Of a stretch of DNA of 64,000 nucleotides, positions 10,624 to 19,365 are shown piece by piece. The stretch is taken from IMG/VR virus record IMGVR_UViG_3300043464_002149. One strand, given 5' to 3'. The notes below the pieces were generated by a model that saw nothing but the letters and a program-made list of their open reading frames with translations, searched no databases and was not told the DNA's origin. Each line of letters starts with the position of its first letter. Within the stretch, counting starts at the first letter, position 1. This stretch comes from a virus (taxonomy: Duplodnaviria; Caudoviricetes). A program made the translations under genes and the position numbers.

Positions 10624-10637
10624 GTTCCATGTGGAAC
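10624..10637. promoter_or_regulatory. parS-like palindrome GTTCCATGTGGAAC
   Basis: 13/14 match to the inner parS consensus GTTCCACGTGGAAC; intergenic. Confidence 0.5.
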
Positions 10638-10673
10638 TATTGGTACAAATAATTGATTATCAATTAAATAAAA

Positions 10674-10706
10674 AATCCCACACTCGTTTTTGACGAATAT
10701 GGGATT
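10674..10706 (-). terminator. Intrinsic terminator after the tail tube gene
   Basis: AATCCCA...TGGGATT stem followed by a T-run on the minus strand. Confidence 0.7.
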
Positions 10707-10727
10707 ATAAATAAAACTATTTTAATA

Positions 10728-11216
10728 TTAGTATACTTGAATACATCTATCCATTCTTAATTCAGCATCAATTGTTGCTAATGCTTCTTCAGAATAACTT
10801 AAATCTCCAAAGTTCAATGATGTTAAGAAACAACCTTCTAAAATCCACTTCTCAACAACAACACCTGTTGGGTCTAACATTTCAAGTTCAACGTTCTTCT
10901 TATAACCTGCAGCGTAACCCATTCTACCGGTTACGGATTCAGCATGAAGACGGAACCATTCCATTAATGCTTGGGATGCAGAAGGACCAATAGGATCTTT
11001 AAAAGTAACCTTGATTGGGTCCCAGGTAAATCTACCAGCTACATATGTTGAAGTGTTTAAGAACGGAATCTCTGTCGAACCTATTTTAGCACTAGGACGG
11101 GATGTAGATGTTACATACCACTCATTAATACCCAAAGAAGAAGGAAATCTAAGGATAAATCTATTTTTACGTTTCGGTTCGTATGGAACCGGCATTTTCA
11201 TTAATAAATCTGCCAT
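10728..11216 (-). CDS. gp19: Tail tube protein (T4 gp19-like)
   Basis: YEPKRKNRF...RPS...EIPFLNTSTYVAGRFTW...EW...GYAAGYKK...EMLDPTGVVVEKWILEGCF; lies downstream of the sheath gene. Confidence 0.92.
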   Translation of the reverse strand: MADLLMKMPVPYEPKRKNRFILRFPSSLGINEWYVTSTSRPSAKIGSTEIPFLNTSTYVAGRFTWDPIKVTFKDPIGPSASQALMEWFRLHAESVTGRMGYAAGYKKNVELEMLDPTGVVVEKWILEGCFLTSLNFGDLSYSEEALATIDAELRMDRCIQVY

Positions 11217-11296
11217 TGTTTTTGTGTTATATTGTTTTGTTTATTCTTTCTAATAAATATATCAATATGTGAAATAAAATTTATTTTCCCAAATAC

Positions 11297-11325
11297 TTGA
11301 TTTTGTGAAAAAAAATCGTTAGCTT
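11297..11325 (+). promoter_or_regulatory. Putative promoter TTGATT-N17-TAGCTT facing a non-coding repeat tract
   Basis: Same architecture as the promoter at 10586-10614, but no ORF follows it. Confidence 0.45.
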
Positions 11326-11340
11326 TTTGCTACTACGTTA

Positions 11341-11485
11341 CTAAAATACTAATGTACTAACTATACTAATATTTCAATGTTCTAATATTTCTTACTTCTA
11401 TATTCTAATATTTCTCATTTCTAATATTACTAATGTACTGATTTTCAATGTACTATAATTCTATTATTACTATATTATACTAATA
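11341..11485. repeat. Degenerate AT-rich, G-poor repeat tract (CTAATATTTC x3 plus a variant; AATGTAC x3)
   Basis: CTAATATTTC at 11366, 11382 and 11405; CTAATATTAC at 11421; AATGTAC at 11351, 11432 and 11447. About 5 G in 145 nt on the plus strand. Confidence 0.8.
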
Positions 11486-11487
11486 GA

Positions 11488-11512
11488 AAGGGGCGGTTAT
11501 AAACCACCCCTT
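11488..11512 (-). terminator. Hairpin terminator after the sheath gene
   Basis: Minus strand AAGGGGUGGUU-UAU-AACCGCCCCUU (one G-U pair) followed by UCUAUU. Confidence 0.7.
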
Positions 11513-11532
11513 ACTTATTTTATTTAAATTTA

Positions 11533-14376
11533 TTAGATATTCTCAAAAGAAGCTCCTGTTGGTGTAATAATAAACTCAACATCAATGAATTCTAATGCTC
11601 TTGTAGGTTTGATGTAAATCTTACCTCTCAATGTGTTAGCATCAATATCTTCTGGATCATTTGATACTGTTACACGGAAATCATATAAACCTCTTTCTTT
11701 CTTGATTGATTCAAGGATTGGGTTAACCAATCTTAAGAATTCTTGTCTAACTTGATCATCATTTTGTTCAAACAATAATCTTACAGCTACCGCAGAAATT
11801 AACTTTCTAGCTCTTAACAATAATCTTCTTACGTTGATTCTATCAAGTGCTGATTCTCTAACTTGTAACGTTTTGTTACCCCAGATAATTGTACCTGTAT
11901 CAGAGAATGTTGCGATTGGGTTAATTCTTGCTTTGTAAAGTTCATCTCTTTCATCAAGAGTTAACTTTTTAGTTGCTTTAATTGAGTTTACAAGACCTCT
12001 TGAATAACCAGCGACTGCGAACCAAGGGTAAGATACATTATCAGTTAAAGCAATGTTCTTTAATACTTCACCTGTTGGTGGGATATAAAGTTGAGTTGCG
12101 TTATCTGTGTCTCTTACTTGAATCCAAGGCCAGTAAGTTGCTGAGTAGTTAGAATCAAATCCTAAATCATCTAATGCACCGATAACTTCGTTAGCACCTG
12201 TTGTACCACTGAAATTAGGTGAGTTAACGATGTATAAAGAATCTGCTCTATCATTTTCAATAATATCAACAGCTTGGTTTACAAGTGAACTATGGTCGTT
12301 CCAGTTAATACCTGGTGTTGCGAAAATGTTAATATCAACAGCTTCTGGGTTTTTGAATGTTTCAATACCTTGTAAGAAAGCGTAGTAATCTGAGTTACCA
12401 ACAGCATTATTGAATACACCACCATTTACTGAATGACCTGCAGTGTAAGTAGTTTTACCGAAAATAAAACCATCACCGTTAGATCTTACATTTCTGTAGA
12501 TGTCAAAACCATCAAAACCACCAAATACTGGCATTGTGAATTTACGGAATCCGATTCCGTCTAATTTACCTTTACTTGTACCTTCTAAATCGTAAGCAGT
12601 TGTTTTGTATAGTTTTTCGCCGGTAGTACCTGTGATATTTGCAGCGTTTACAGATAAGTGGAAACCAAAGGTTGCATCAGATGCGTTAGTACCTTTGAAT
12701 TTAAACATATCTCTATCATAAACGAAGTGTTCATCTGTTGATAAACCTAAAGTTACTTTTTTAACTTTATCACCATTAGTAGTTACAGCTGTACCATTTG
12801 CTTCGTAGTATAAAACATCACCAGCGTCATAGTACTTAGTTTTAAAATGTACCCCACCAACACTAGTTTTTGTTGTCATACCTTTAAAACCTGCAGGTAT
12901 TGCATCAGTTGGAGCATCGTCAGCGATTACCAACATAATATATTTTGATCTTAATTCATATTCACCATCTGAAGTACCAATTTTTCTACCGATATAACCA
13001 GGTAAATCTGGGTTCATTGTACATCTAGAATATTTTTCTAATACAACTTGATTTGCGTCAGTATCGTTAAAGTCACGAACTAATACATCAAATTCACCAG
13101 TATCTAGATCAATGTTTTGAATTGTTATCTTTACTTCGTAATTTGAAGCATCACCATCAGAGATTGTTAAGAAACTAAATAATTCAAATACTTTTCCACC
13201 TCTTACTTCAGATACTACAGTTGATGAACCTGCCATATCCCATTGTGTCATAAAGTTATCACCTTCAGTTGTATTAACAACTGTTGTGCTTAAACCTCTA
13301 ATTAAACCTTGTTCGAAAAGATTTACAACTAAATTAGGATATGCTTCATGAACATATAATGGGTATTCAACTTTGTCTTTATCGAAAACATCCGCGCCCA
13401 ATACTTTTGTTAAGTATTTTGTTGATGTTTGATCCAATGAACAGTTAAATGTTGTTACATCTGAATCAATATCAGTAACACTTATTGTGAAATCTGCCAA
13501 CGGATTGCTAGCAAGATCAGCACCTGTTACTGTTACTGTGTTACCTGTAACTCTATGAACTAATACATTTTGCACATAACTACCTCTAGATCTTAACAAG
13601 CAAACTTGCATGTCATGATAATCGGTATTTAATGATGCATTATATTTGAATCTTGTTACAGTGAATGCTGATGTTCCTGTTGAATACACAAAAAGATAAG
13701 AGAAAACCCCATCTATTGTAGAATCGGTTGATCCAGTTCTTGTATAGAAGGTGTTATACCAATCTTTATTATTATTAGCTCCGATAGGTGATAATAATTC
13801 AGTACCAGTAAGTGAACTTGTTGCAGAATCTGGTACTTCACCAATTGCAAACCATTCGTCGTGTGCATATGCACCGTTTGAATTAGTTGCTGCAACTAGA
13901 TAATTTGTAATAGAAGAACCTTCTGTTGAAGTTTTTCCTGATAATTCTGCATAAATTGTGCTACCGGTAACACCAGTTAAAGTTGGGATCAATGAAATAC
14001 TTCCGGTTGATCCACTTAATGTACCTAGGTTTACACCACCTAAAGCTTTAATACTAAAAGTTTTGCCTGGTTTATATCCAGTAAGTCCTAATACACGGGT
14101 AACAAATAATTGGTTAGACTCTTGTAAATACGATTTCGCAACATATGGAAGTTCATATTTTGGATTTCCAGCACCATCCTTTGCAGGACTTGTACCGCCA
14201 AAATATGTTCTAAATTCGTCGAAATTAGAAATTAATATTGGTTCAAATGCTGGACCCTTTAATGTCTCACCAACCAGACCCAATGTTGTTACGCCTACAC
14301 TTTGAGCTACGAATGTTAAATCTTTCTCTGATGTGTAGACACCCGGAGAAACGAATACTCTGTTTGAATTTGCCAT
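11533..14376 (-). CDS. gp18: Tail sheath protein (T4 gp18-like, 947 aa)
   Basis: N-terminal FVSPGVYTSEKDLT and C-terminal YSATYWPWIQ...PWFAVAGYSRG...RINPIATF...WGNKTLQ...LDRINVRRLL...FEQND. Confidence 0.95.
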   Translation of the reverse strand: MANSNRVFVSPGVYTSEKDLTFVAQSVGVTTLGLVGETLKGPAFEPILISNFDEFRTYFGGTSPAKDGAGNPKYELPYVAKSYLQESNQLFVTRVLGLTGYKPGKTFSIKALGGVNLGTLSGSTGSISLIPTLTGVTGSTIYAELSGKTSTEGSSITNYLVAATNSNGAYAHDEWFAIGEVPDSATSSLTGTELLSPIGANNNKDWYNTFYTRTGSTDSTIDGVFSYLFVYSTGTSAFTVTRFKYNASLNTDYHDMQVCLLRSRGSYVQNVLVHRVTGNTVTVTGADLASNPLADFTISVTDIDSDVTTFNCSLDQTSTKYLTKVLGADVFDKDKVEYPLYVHEAYPNLVVNLFEQGLIRGLSTTVVNTTEGDNFMTQWDMAGSSTVVSEVRGGKVFELFSFLTISDGDASNYEVKITIQNIDLDTGEFDVLVRDFNDTDANQVVLEKYSRCTMNPDLPGYIGRKIGTSDGEYELRSKYIMLVIADDAPTDAIPAGFKGMTTKTSVGGVHFKTKYYDAGDVLYYEANGTAVTTNGDKVKKVTLGLSTDEHFVYDRDMFKFKGTNASDATFGFHLSVNAANITGTTGEKLYKTTAYDLEGTSKGKLDGIGFRKFTMPVFGGFDGFDIYRNVRSNGDGFIFGKTTYTAGHSVNGGVFNNAVGNSDYYAFLQGIETFKNPEAVDINIFATPGINWNDHSSLVNQAVDIIENDRADSLYIVNSPNFSGTTGANEVIGALDDLGFDSNYSATYWPWIQVRDTDNATQLYIPPTGEVLKNIALTDNVSYPWFAVAGYSRGLVNSIKATKKLTLDERDELYKARINPIATFSDTGTIIWGNKTLQVRESALDRINVRRLLLRARKLISAVAVRLLFEQNDDQVRQEFLRLVNPILESIKKERGLYDFRVTVSNDPEDIDANTLRGKIYIKPTRALEFIDVEFIITPTGASFENI

Positions 14377-14457
14377 TGATAAATGTTTGGTTAAATAATT
14401 TTATTCTTACCAAATAAATATCTTTGTTTTCAGCAAAGATTTCCGGATTTTTCCGTA

Positions 14458-14497
14458 TTTATATCCTTATTTATCTTTTTATATCATTATTTATCTT
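14458..14497 (+). repeat. Tandem 20-bp direct repeat TTTATATC(C/A)TTATTTATCTT upstream of the RHH gene
   Basis: Two copies, 19/20 identical, ending 5 nt before the ATG at 14503. Each contains TATTTAT. Confidence 0.75.
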
Positions 14498-14502
14498 TAA
14501 CT

Positions 14503-14661
14503 ATGGAAAAGAAAACCAAAAACGTAAAAATCAGCGAAAAGCATCACGAAATGTTAAAAACTTATTGTGATAAAAAAGGATTAAAAATTTACAAAGTACT
14601 CGAAAAGATTATCGAAGAAGTCGTAAAACCTAAAAAAACGGACATATATGATGAGGATTAG
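14503..14661 (+). CDS. Small ribbon-helix-helix (CopG/Arc-like) DNA-binding protein, 52 aa
   Basis: Not in the ORF track; MEKKTKNVKISEKHHEMLKTYCDKKGLKIYKVLEKIIEEVVKPKKTDIYDED shows an alternating beta-strand (TKNVKI), then helix, G-turn, helix. Confidence 0.7.
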   Translation: MEKKTKNVKISEKHHEMLKTYCDKKGLKIYKVLEKIIEEVVKPKKTDIYDED

Positions 14662-15893
14662 TAAACATATGTAATACCAATCTTAGATCCTAAAGTAGGT
14701 GAAAAATTTAATTTTATCTGGCTTGCACCACTAATATCAAATCCTTGACCTTCTTCCTCTATAAGACCATTAATATCTAAACTAACAACACTATCAATTG
14801 AATTTAATAGTGAGAAAAATAGGCTAGATCCATCATATTCAAAATACTCAGTTTTTACCTGTAAGGTTTTACCATAACTGTCAATAAAAACACTATTTCT
14901 ACCTTTAAAATATGTTATTGTTATTGCACTACCTTCTGGCGGTGGAGAGGTAAAAGTTATTTTAGAGGTTCCAGCAATATGAAAAAATTCAACATCTCTT
15001 TCTTGTAATAGACCATTAATTGCCACATTAAACAACATACTAATACTTTCACCAACACTAAATGCCGTTTGCATACCATCAGCAACAAAGGTACCAACGG
15101 TTATATCAATTCTCTTATTAATATATTTCTTTTGAAAATTTGTATTTTTTGCAAATTCAGTCATTAAGAAAAATCTACTAACAGCTGGTTTTACTTCAAA
15201 TTCTTCCTGATCAATCAAAAATCCAAGCATAGTAAATTGATAAGTTTGCATATAAAACCTACGTCCGTCTATCTGATCGATTGGGGAATTGTCTTCAATC
15301 TTATCCATTATAATTGGAATATAATGACCTTTAACAACAGTATATGCCTGTCTTGAAGCAAATTTCTGAAGAACAATCTTATTAAATCTATTTAATTCTC
15401 TAAGTTTGCTACAAACAATAGTCACTTCAAAACTAATATCTACAGGAACCGGTTGTGGTATTTTATATATGTCAGCACCCATTTGAGTTCCATTCCATGT
15501 AGCCACAGAAGCATAATGAAATTGAAGTCTTTCTGGGATTGTTCTAACAATAGACGGGTTTGTACCTGGCTGAACGTCCGGTCTTCTAATAACACCAACA
15601 AAAGGAACCTTTAAGTTACCATCGTCGTCAGAGAATTCCCAGGTGTTCATTATTTGAGCCCATCTTTGAATCGTTAAAATTTTTGGTATAACCGGTATTT
15701 TTTTACCGTCTGAGATGACAACAAAATTTTTACTTACAAACTCTAACATTCCCGCATCTAAATCGTCATGCAAAACAGAATCTGGTAAAAAAGAATCAGA
15801 TTTGGTTATTTTATGCAATAACTCTTCTCTTCTTTCAGTTAGAATTTTACCTTTATAAATCTCAATGTCTGTTTTTCTTTTAGGTATTCCCAT
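14658..15893 (-). CDS. Tail terminator / sheath stabiliser (gp15-like) with two C-terminal Ig-like repeats
   Basis: IPQPVPVDISFEVTI...LNRFNKIVLQKF...IPIIMD resembles gp15/gp3. The C-terminal repeats follow the pattern DG.Q..F.....V.INGL.......F.I....I.F...P..GS.I.ITY. Position is between neck and sheath. Confidence 0.65.
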   Translation of the reverse strand: MGIPKRKTDIEIYKGKILTERREELLHKITKSDSFLPDSVLHDDLDAGMLEFVSKNFVVISDGKKIPVIPKILTIQRWAQIMNTWEFSDDDGNLKVPFVGVIRRPDVQPGTNPSIVRTIPERLQFHYASVATWNGTQMGADIYKIPQPVPVDISFEVTIVCSKLRELNRFNKIVLQKFASRQAYTVVKGHYIPIIMDKIEDNSPIDQIDGRRFYMQTYQFTMLGFLIDQEEFEVKPAVSRFFLMTEFAKNTNFQKKYINKRIDITVGTFVADGMQTAFSVGESISMLFNVAINGLLQERDVEFFHIAGTSKITFTSPPPEGSAITITYFKGRNSVFIDSYGKTLQVKTEYFEYDGSSLFFSLLNSIDSVVSLDINGLIEEEGQGFDISGASQIKLNFSPTLGSKIGITYVY

Positions 15894-15894
15894 T

Positions 15895-16407
15895 TTAAAC
15901 GCCTCTAAATTCTTGATCCTGTGCTATTGCACAAGTGATTGTCCTGTAATATGGTTTATAACCAAATAAATGATGTGAGTTATCTGAAGTAACTTTACCA
16001 TCATTTGTTACAGTATAATATCTTATTTTATTTTCTGATTCTGGATAACCAATATAATCACCATATTTTATATCCACGCCAAGATCTTCTAAATGTCTTA
16101 TATAAACAGATAAAATTAAATTACCAGGTTCAAGGTATCTTAACATACCACCTTTATAACTTGAATTTTTAGGTGCCTCGACCTTAACCAAAGCATTAAA
16201 CTCAATTGGTGGAAAATATTTGATTTCATCTTGACCAACTTCACCATAAACATCATCTTTATCCGTCTTTTGTCTATCAACTCTATAAAGAACCAATTTT
16301 TGATTTATATCGCCATGCAAATATTCTTGACCTATCTGAATTTGTAAATTAAAGTCCTCATCAGAAAAGAATTTACTTAAACGGGTTATTGGTAGTTTAT
16401 TGCTCAT
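15895..16407 (-). CDS. gp14: Neck / head-closure protein (gp14-like)
   Basis: LVLYRVD...DDVYGEV...YFPPIEFNALV...DIKYGDYIGY; adjacent to the gp15-like gene. Confidence 0.7.
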   Translation of the reverse strand: MSNKLPITRLSKFFSDEDFNLQIQIGQEYLHGDINQKLVLYRVDRQKTDKDDVYGEVGQDEIKYFPPIEFNALVKVEAPKNSSYKGGMLRYLEPGNLILSVYIRHLEDLGVDIKYGDYIGYPESENKIRYYTVTNDGKVTSDNSHHLFGYKPYYRTITCAIAQDQEFRGV

Positions 16408-16459
16408 AATAGTATAAATAGTTTATAAAGTATTTAGAATTACCTATATTATATACTAT

Positions 16460-18211
16460 ATGGAAACCAAAATACCAGAAATAGTTGCGAGAGAGATACT
16501 TTTTTCATATGCGGGCTCTAATAACCATCTTTTAGATTTAAAAAGAAAGATTTTACAGCTCAAGAATTATTCTTTAAGTAGAACTCAAGCAGATTATATT
16601 ATAAAATATGAAAAGGTAATACCCAAAGTAGCTAGAAAGTGGGTTAAATTATTTTCTTCTTTTTCAGAAAAACTGAGAGAAGACAGATTATTACCAAACG
16701 CTCCTGAACAGATTTGGGTAGAAAAATTATTGTGTGAGACGGATAAAGCTTATCATATTTGGGGGAAAATAATTGAGGCAGATAATTTACACGCATTCTG
16801 GATGCCTAAAATGGCGATTGTTCCAGAAGAGAAAAAACTAAACAGAACTATTGATTATAGCCCTTATGATAAAAGACCACCAATGGGTCATCAAAAAGAG
16901 GCTATCGAAAAACTATTAGCTAATGATAAGTTTATTCTTGCCGATGATATGGGTCTAGGTAAAACAACATCAGCGGTAATTGCGGCACTAGAAAGTGGGG
17001 CTAAAAAAATATTGATTGTTTGCCCTGCTACTTTAAAGATAAACTGGGAAAGGGAAATTAAAAATTATACCGATAGAAGAATCTTACTTATTGAAGGAAG
17101 AAAGTGGGGGTCTACTTTTGATTTTTATATTATCAACTATGATATCTTAAAGAATTTTCACACAACTGAAAAAAGTGAAGATAGCGAAGCATATCAATTA
17201 ATTGCTAATAATGGATTTGATTTAGCAATAGTAGATGAAGCTCACTATATCTCTAACGCAACAGCACAGAGAACAAAAATATTAAATGATATTTTAGGAA
17301 CAATACCAAAGGTTTGGTTATTAACTGGTACACCGATGACGTCAAGACCAATAAATTATTACAACCTTTTAAAAATTGTTGAATCCCCTTTGGCATTGAA
17401 TTGGCAAAGTTATGTCTTTAGATATTGTGCCGGTTATCAATTTAGAGTTGGTAATAGAAAAGTTTGGAACACAAGTGGAGCGTCAAATCTAGATGAATTA
17501 AGGGAAAAGACTAAGAATCTTGTTTTAAGAAGAATGAAGACCGATATTTTAGATTTACCGGAAAAGATTATTACACCGGTTTATTTAGAACTTCAAAGTA
17601 AATTCTATGATAATGAATTAGAAGACTTTATAAGAATTTCTTCTGAAAACAAACAAAAAGAAAGTATCTCTGTTACTCTTAATCGTTTAATGAATATTAG
17701 ACAATTAATTGCTGTAGAAAAAGTACCATATACTTGTGAACTTATAGATAAGTTTATTGAACAAAATAAAAAGGTAATTGTCTTCACTAATTTTACCTCA
17801 AGTTTAGATCTACTTCACGAAAAGTATAAAAAGAATTCTGTTGTTCTTGATGGTAGGATGAGTAAAGAAAAAAGACAGGAAAGCGTAGATAAGTTTCAGA
17901 CAAATGATAAAATAAAAGTTTTCATATCCAACATCATTGCTGGTGGTGTAGGTATCACTTTAACGGCCGCTGAAGGGGTTATAATGAACGATTTGTCATT
18001 TGTACCTGCTCACCATTCACAAGCCGAAGATAGAGCTTATAGACACGGTCAAACAAAAAGTGTTTTAGTCTATTATCCCGTTTTTGAAAATACTATCGAG
18101 ATTCAAGTTTATAATATCTTACAAAAAAAGAAAAACATCATCGATCAAGTTATGGGGGATGGTGAATACGGTGATACGTTTGCTAGTGAATTACTTAAAA
18201 ACATAATATAG
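16460..18211 (+). CDS. SNF2/SWI2-family helicase (SMARCAL1/HARP-like ATPase core)
   Basis: ILADDMGLGKT (Walker A), VDEAH (Walker B), LTGTP, VIVF, GGVGITLTAA, QAEDRAYRHGQ. Confidence 0.92.
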   Translation: METKIPEIVAREILFSYAGSNNHLLDLKRKILQLKNYSLSRTQADYIIKYEKVIPKVARKWVKLFSSFSEKLREDRLLPNAPEQIWVEKLLCETDKAYHIWGKIIEADNLHAFWMPKMAIVPEEKKLNRTIDYSPYDKRPPMGHQKEAIEKLLANDKFILADDMGLGKTTSAVIAALESGAKKILIVCPATLKINWEREIKNYTDRRILLIEGRKWGSTFDFYIINYDILKNFHTTEKSEDSEAYQLIANNGFDLAIVDEAHYISNATAQRTKILNDILGTIPKVWLLTGTPMTSRPINYYNLLKIVESPLALNWQSYVFRYCAGYQFRVGNRKVWNTSGASNLDELREKTKNLVLRRMKTDILDLPEKIITPVYLELQSKFYDNELEDFIRISSENKQKESISVTLNRLMNIRQLIAVEKVPYTCELIDKFIEQNKKVIVFTNFTSSLDLLHEKYKKNSVVLDGRMSKEKRQESVDKFQTNDKIKVFISNIIAGGVGITLTAAEGVIMNDLSFVPAHHSQAEDRAYRHGQTKSVLVYYPVFENTIEIQVYNILQKKKNIIDQVMGDGEYGDTFASELLKNII

Positions 18212-18252
18212 TTTTATCTATAATCTGGTATTTATTACTAAAAGCCATTTTA

Positions 18253-19365
18253 ATGAGTACTGTTATAAGCGCACCAGAAAAAGAAAAACTTTATAGTCAA
18301 ACATTACACCTTTTGGGTATGCCAGTAAGAGGTGTTGAGTTGACGGAAGAGCAAATGGACTCTTTTCTTGAATTATCTGTAAATGAATATGATCAACTAG
18401 TTAGTGATTGGTTAATAGAATCTCAATGGTCTTCTTTGGCTGGTTTAGATGTTGATACACAATCATTAACAAAGGCGTTTACAAATAGAGACATTAATTA
18501 CGAAACCCAATATACCTATTCCTATTCTAAAATCGTTGGTTTACAAGCCGGTGGATCTTGGGAATTGAAAAAAGATTATATAACCCTAAGTGGAAATACT
18601 CAAATATATGAAATCCCAGCCGGAAGAGAAATAAACGAATTATTATGGTTTACAAGAGCTGAATTAACAGACTCTATAGTTGACCCATTTTTAGGTGGTT
18701 TTGGTGGTCTTGGTGGTGTTGGTTTTGGTGGTGTGGGTGGTTTTGCTCAAATGGGGGCATCTGGTTCTTATTTCTTATTACCGGCATTCGATTTATTGTT
18801 AAGAATGCAAGATAGAAATATGAAAAACCGTTTAATTGGTGGTGATTTAACTTATAGAATTACTGCGGGCCCTAACGGTAAAAAATACATACACTTAATG
18901 AACGTTCCTGGTGGGAAATTTGATTTCGGTTCTATACAAACAAACAATAGAGTTTGGTATTGGTACTATGACACATTTGATAGGGACACATGTCTGAAAG
19001 AAAACAAAGATGTTGTTAAATTACCTTCAGATGTAATGACAGACGAACTTCAATGGGATGAATTGAATAAACCAGCACAAAACTGGGTAAGAAAATATCT
19101 AATGACTTACTGTAAAGAAGCATTAGGTAGAATTTATGGTAAATTCTCTGGAGATTTAAAAGTGCCAGATAGTGATGTTAAATTAGATTATTCATCATTA
19201 TTAACAGAAGCCAAAGACGAAAGACTTAAGCTTAATGAAGAATTAATGCAAAGACTAGAAAGACTTCGCCCAGATAAAATGCTTGAAAGAAAAGGGAATG
19301 AAGCTGAGAACCTTAATAAGGCTCTCAAGTTCAGACCAATGACAAATCCATTTAACGTTATCTAA
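18253..19365 (+). CDS. gp13: Neck protein / head-tail adaptor (gp13-like)
   Basis: LGMPVRGVELTEEQMDSFLELSV at the N-terminus; WVRKY...KEALGRIYGKF...LLTEAKDE...L.EEL at the C-terminus. Confidence 0.8.
   Translation: MSTVISAPEKEKLYSQTLHLLGMPVRGVELTEEQMDSFLELSVNEYDQLVSDWLIESQWSSLAGLDVDTQSLTKAFTNRDINYETQYTYSYSKIVGLQAGGSWELKKDYITLSGNTQIYEIPAGREINELLWFTRAELTDSIVDPFLGGFGGLGGVGFGGVGGFAQMGASGSYFLLPAFDLLLRMQDRNMKNRLIGGDLTYRITAGPNGKKYIHLMNVPGGKFDFGSIQTNNRVWYWYYDTFDRDTCLKENKDVVKLPSDVMTDELQWDELNKPAQNWVRKYLMTYCKEALGRIYGKFSGDLKVPDSDVKLDYSSLLTEAKDERLKLNEELMQRLERLRPDKMLERKGNEAENLNKALKFRPMTNPFNVI

Noticed and set aside
11341-11485. TAG-rich minus-strand reading as a sign of stop-codon reassignment or a hidden peptide
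   Set aside because: All long genes are intact in the standard code, and TAG is used as a true stop (e.g. tape-measure candidate at 7721-7723, RHH at 14659-14661). No start or coding pattern is present.
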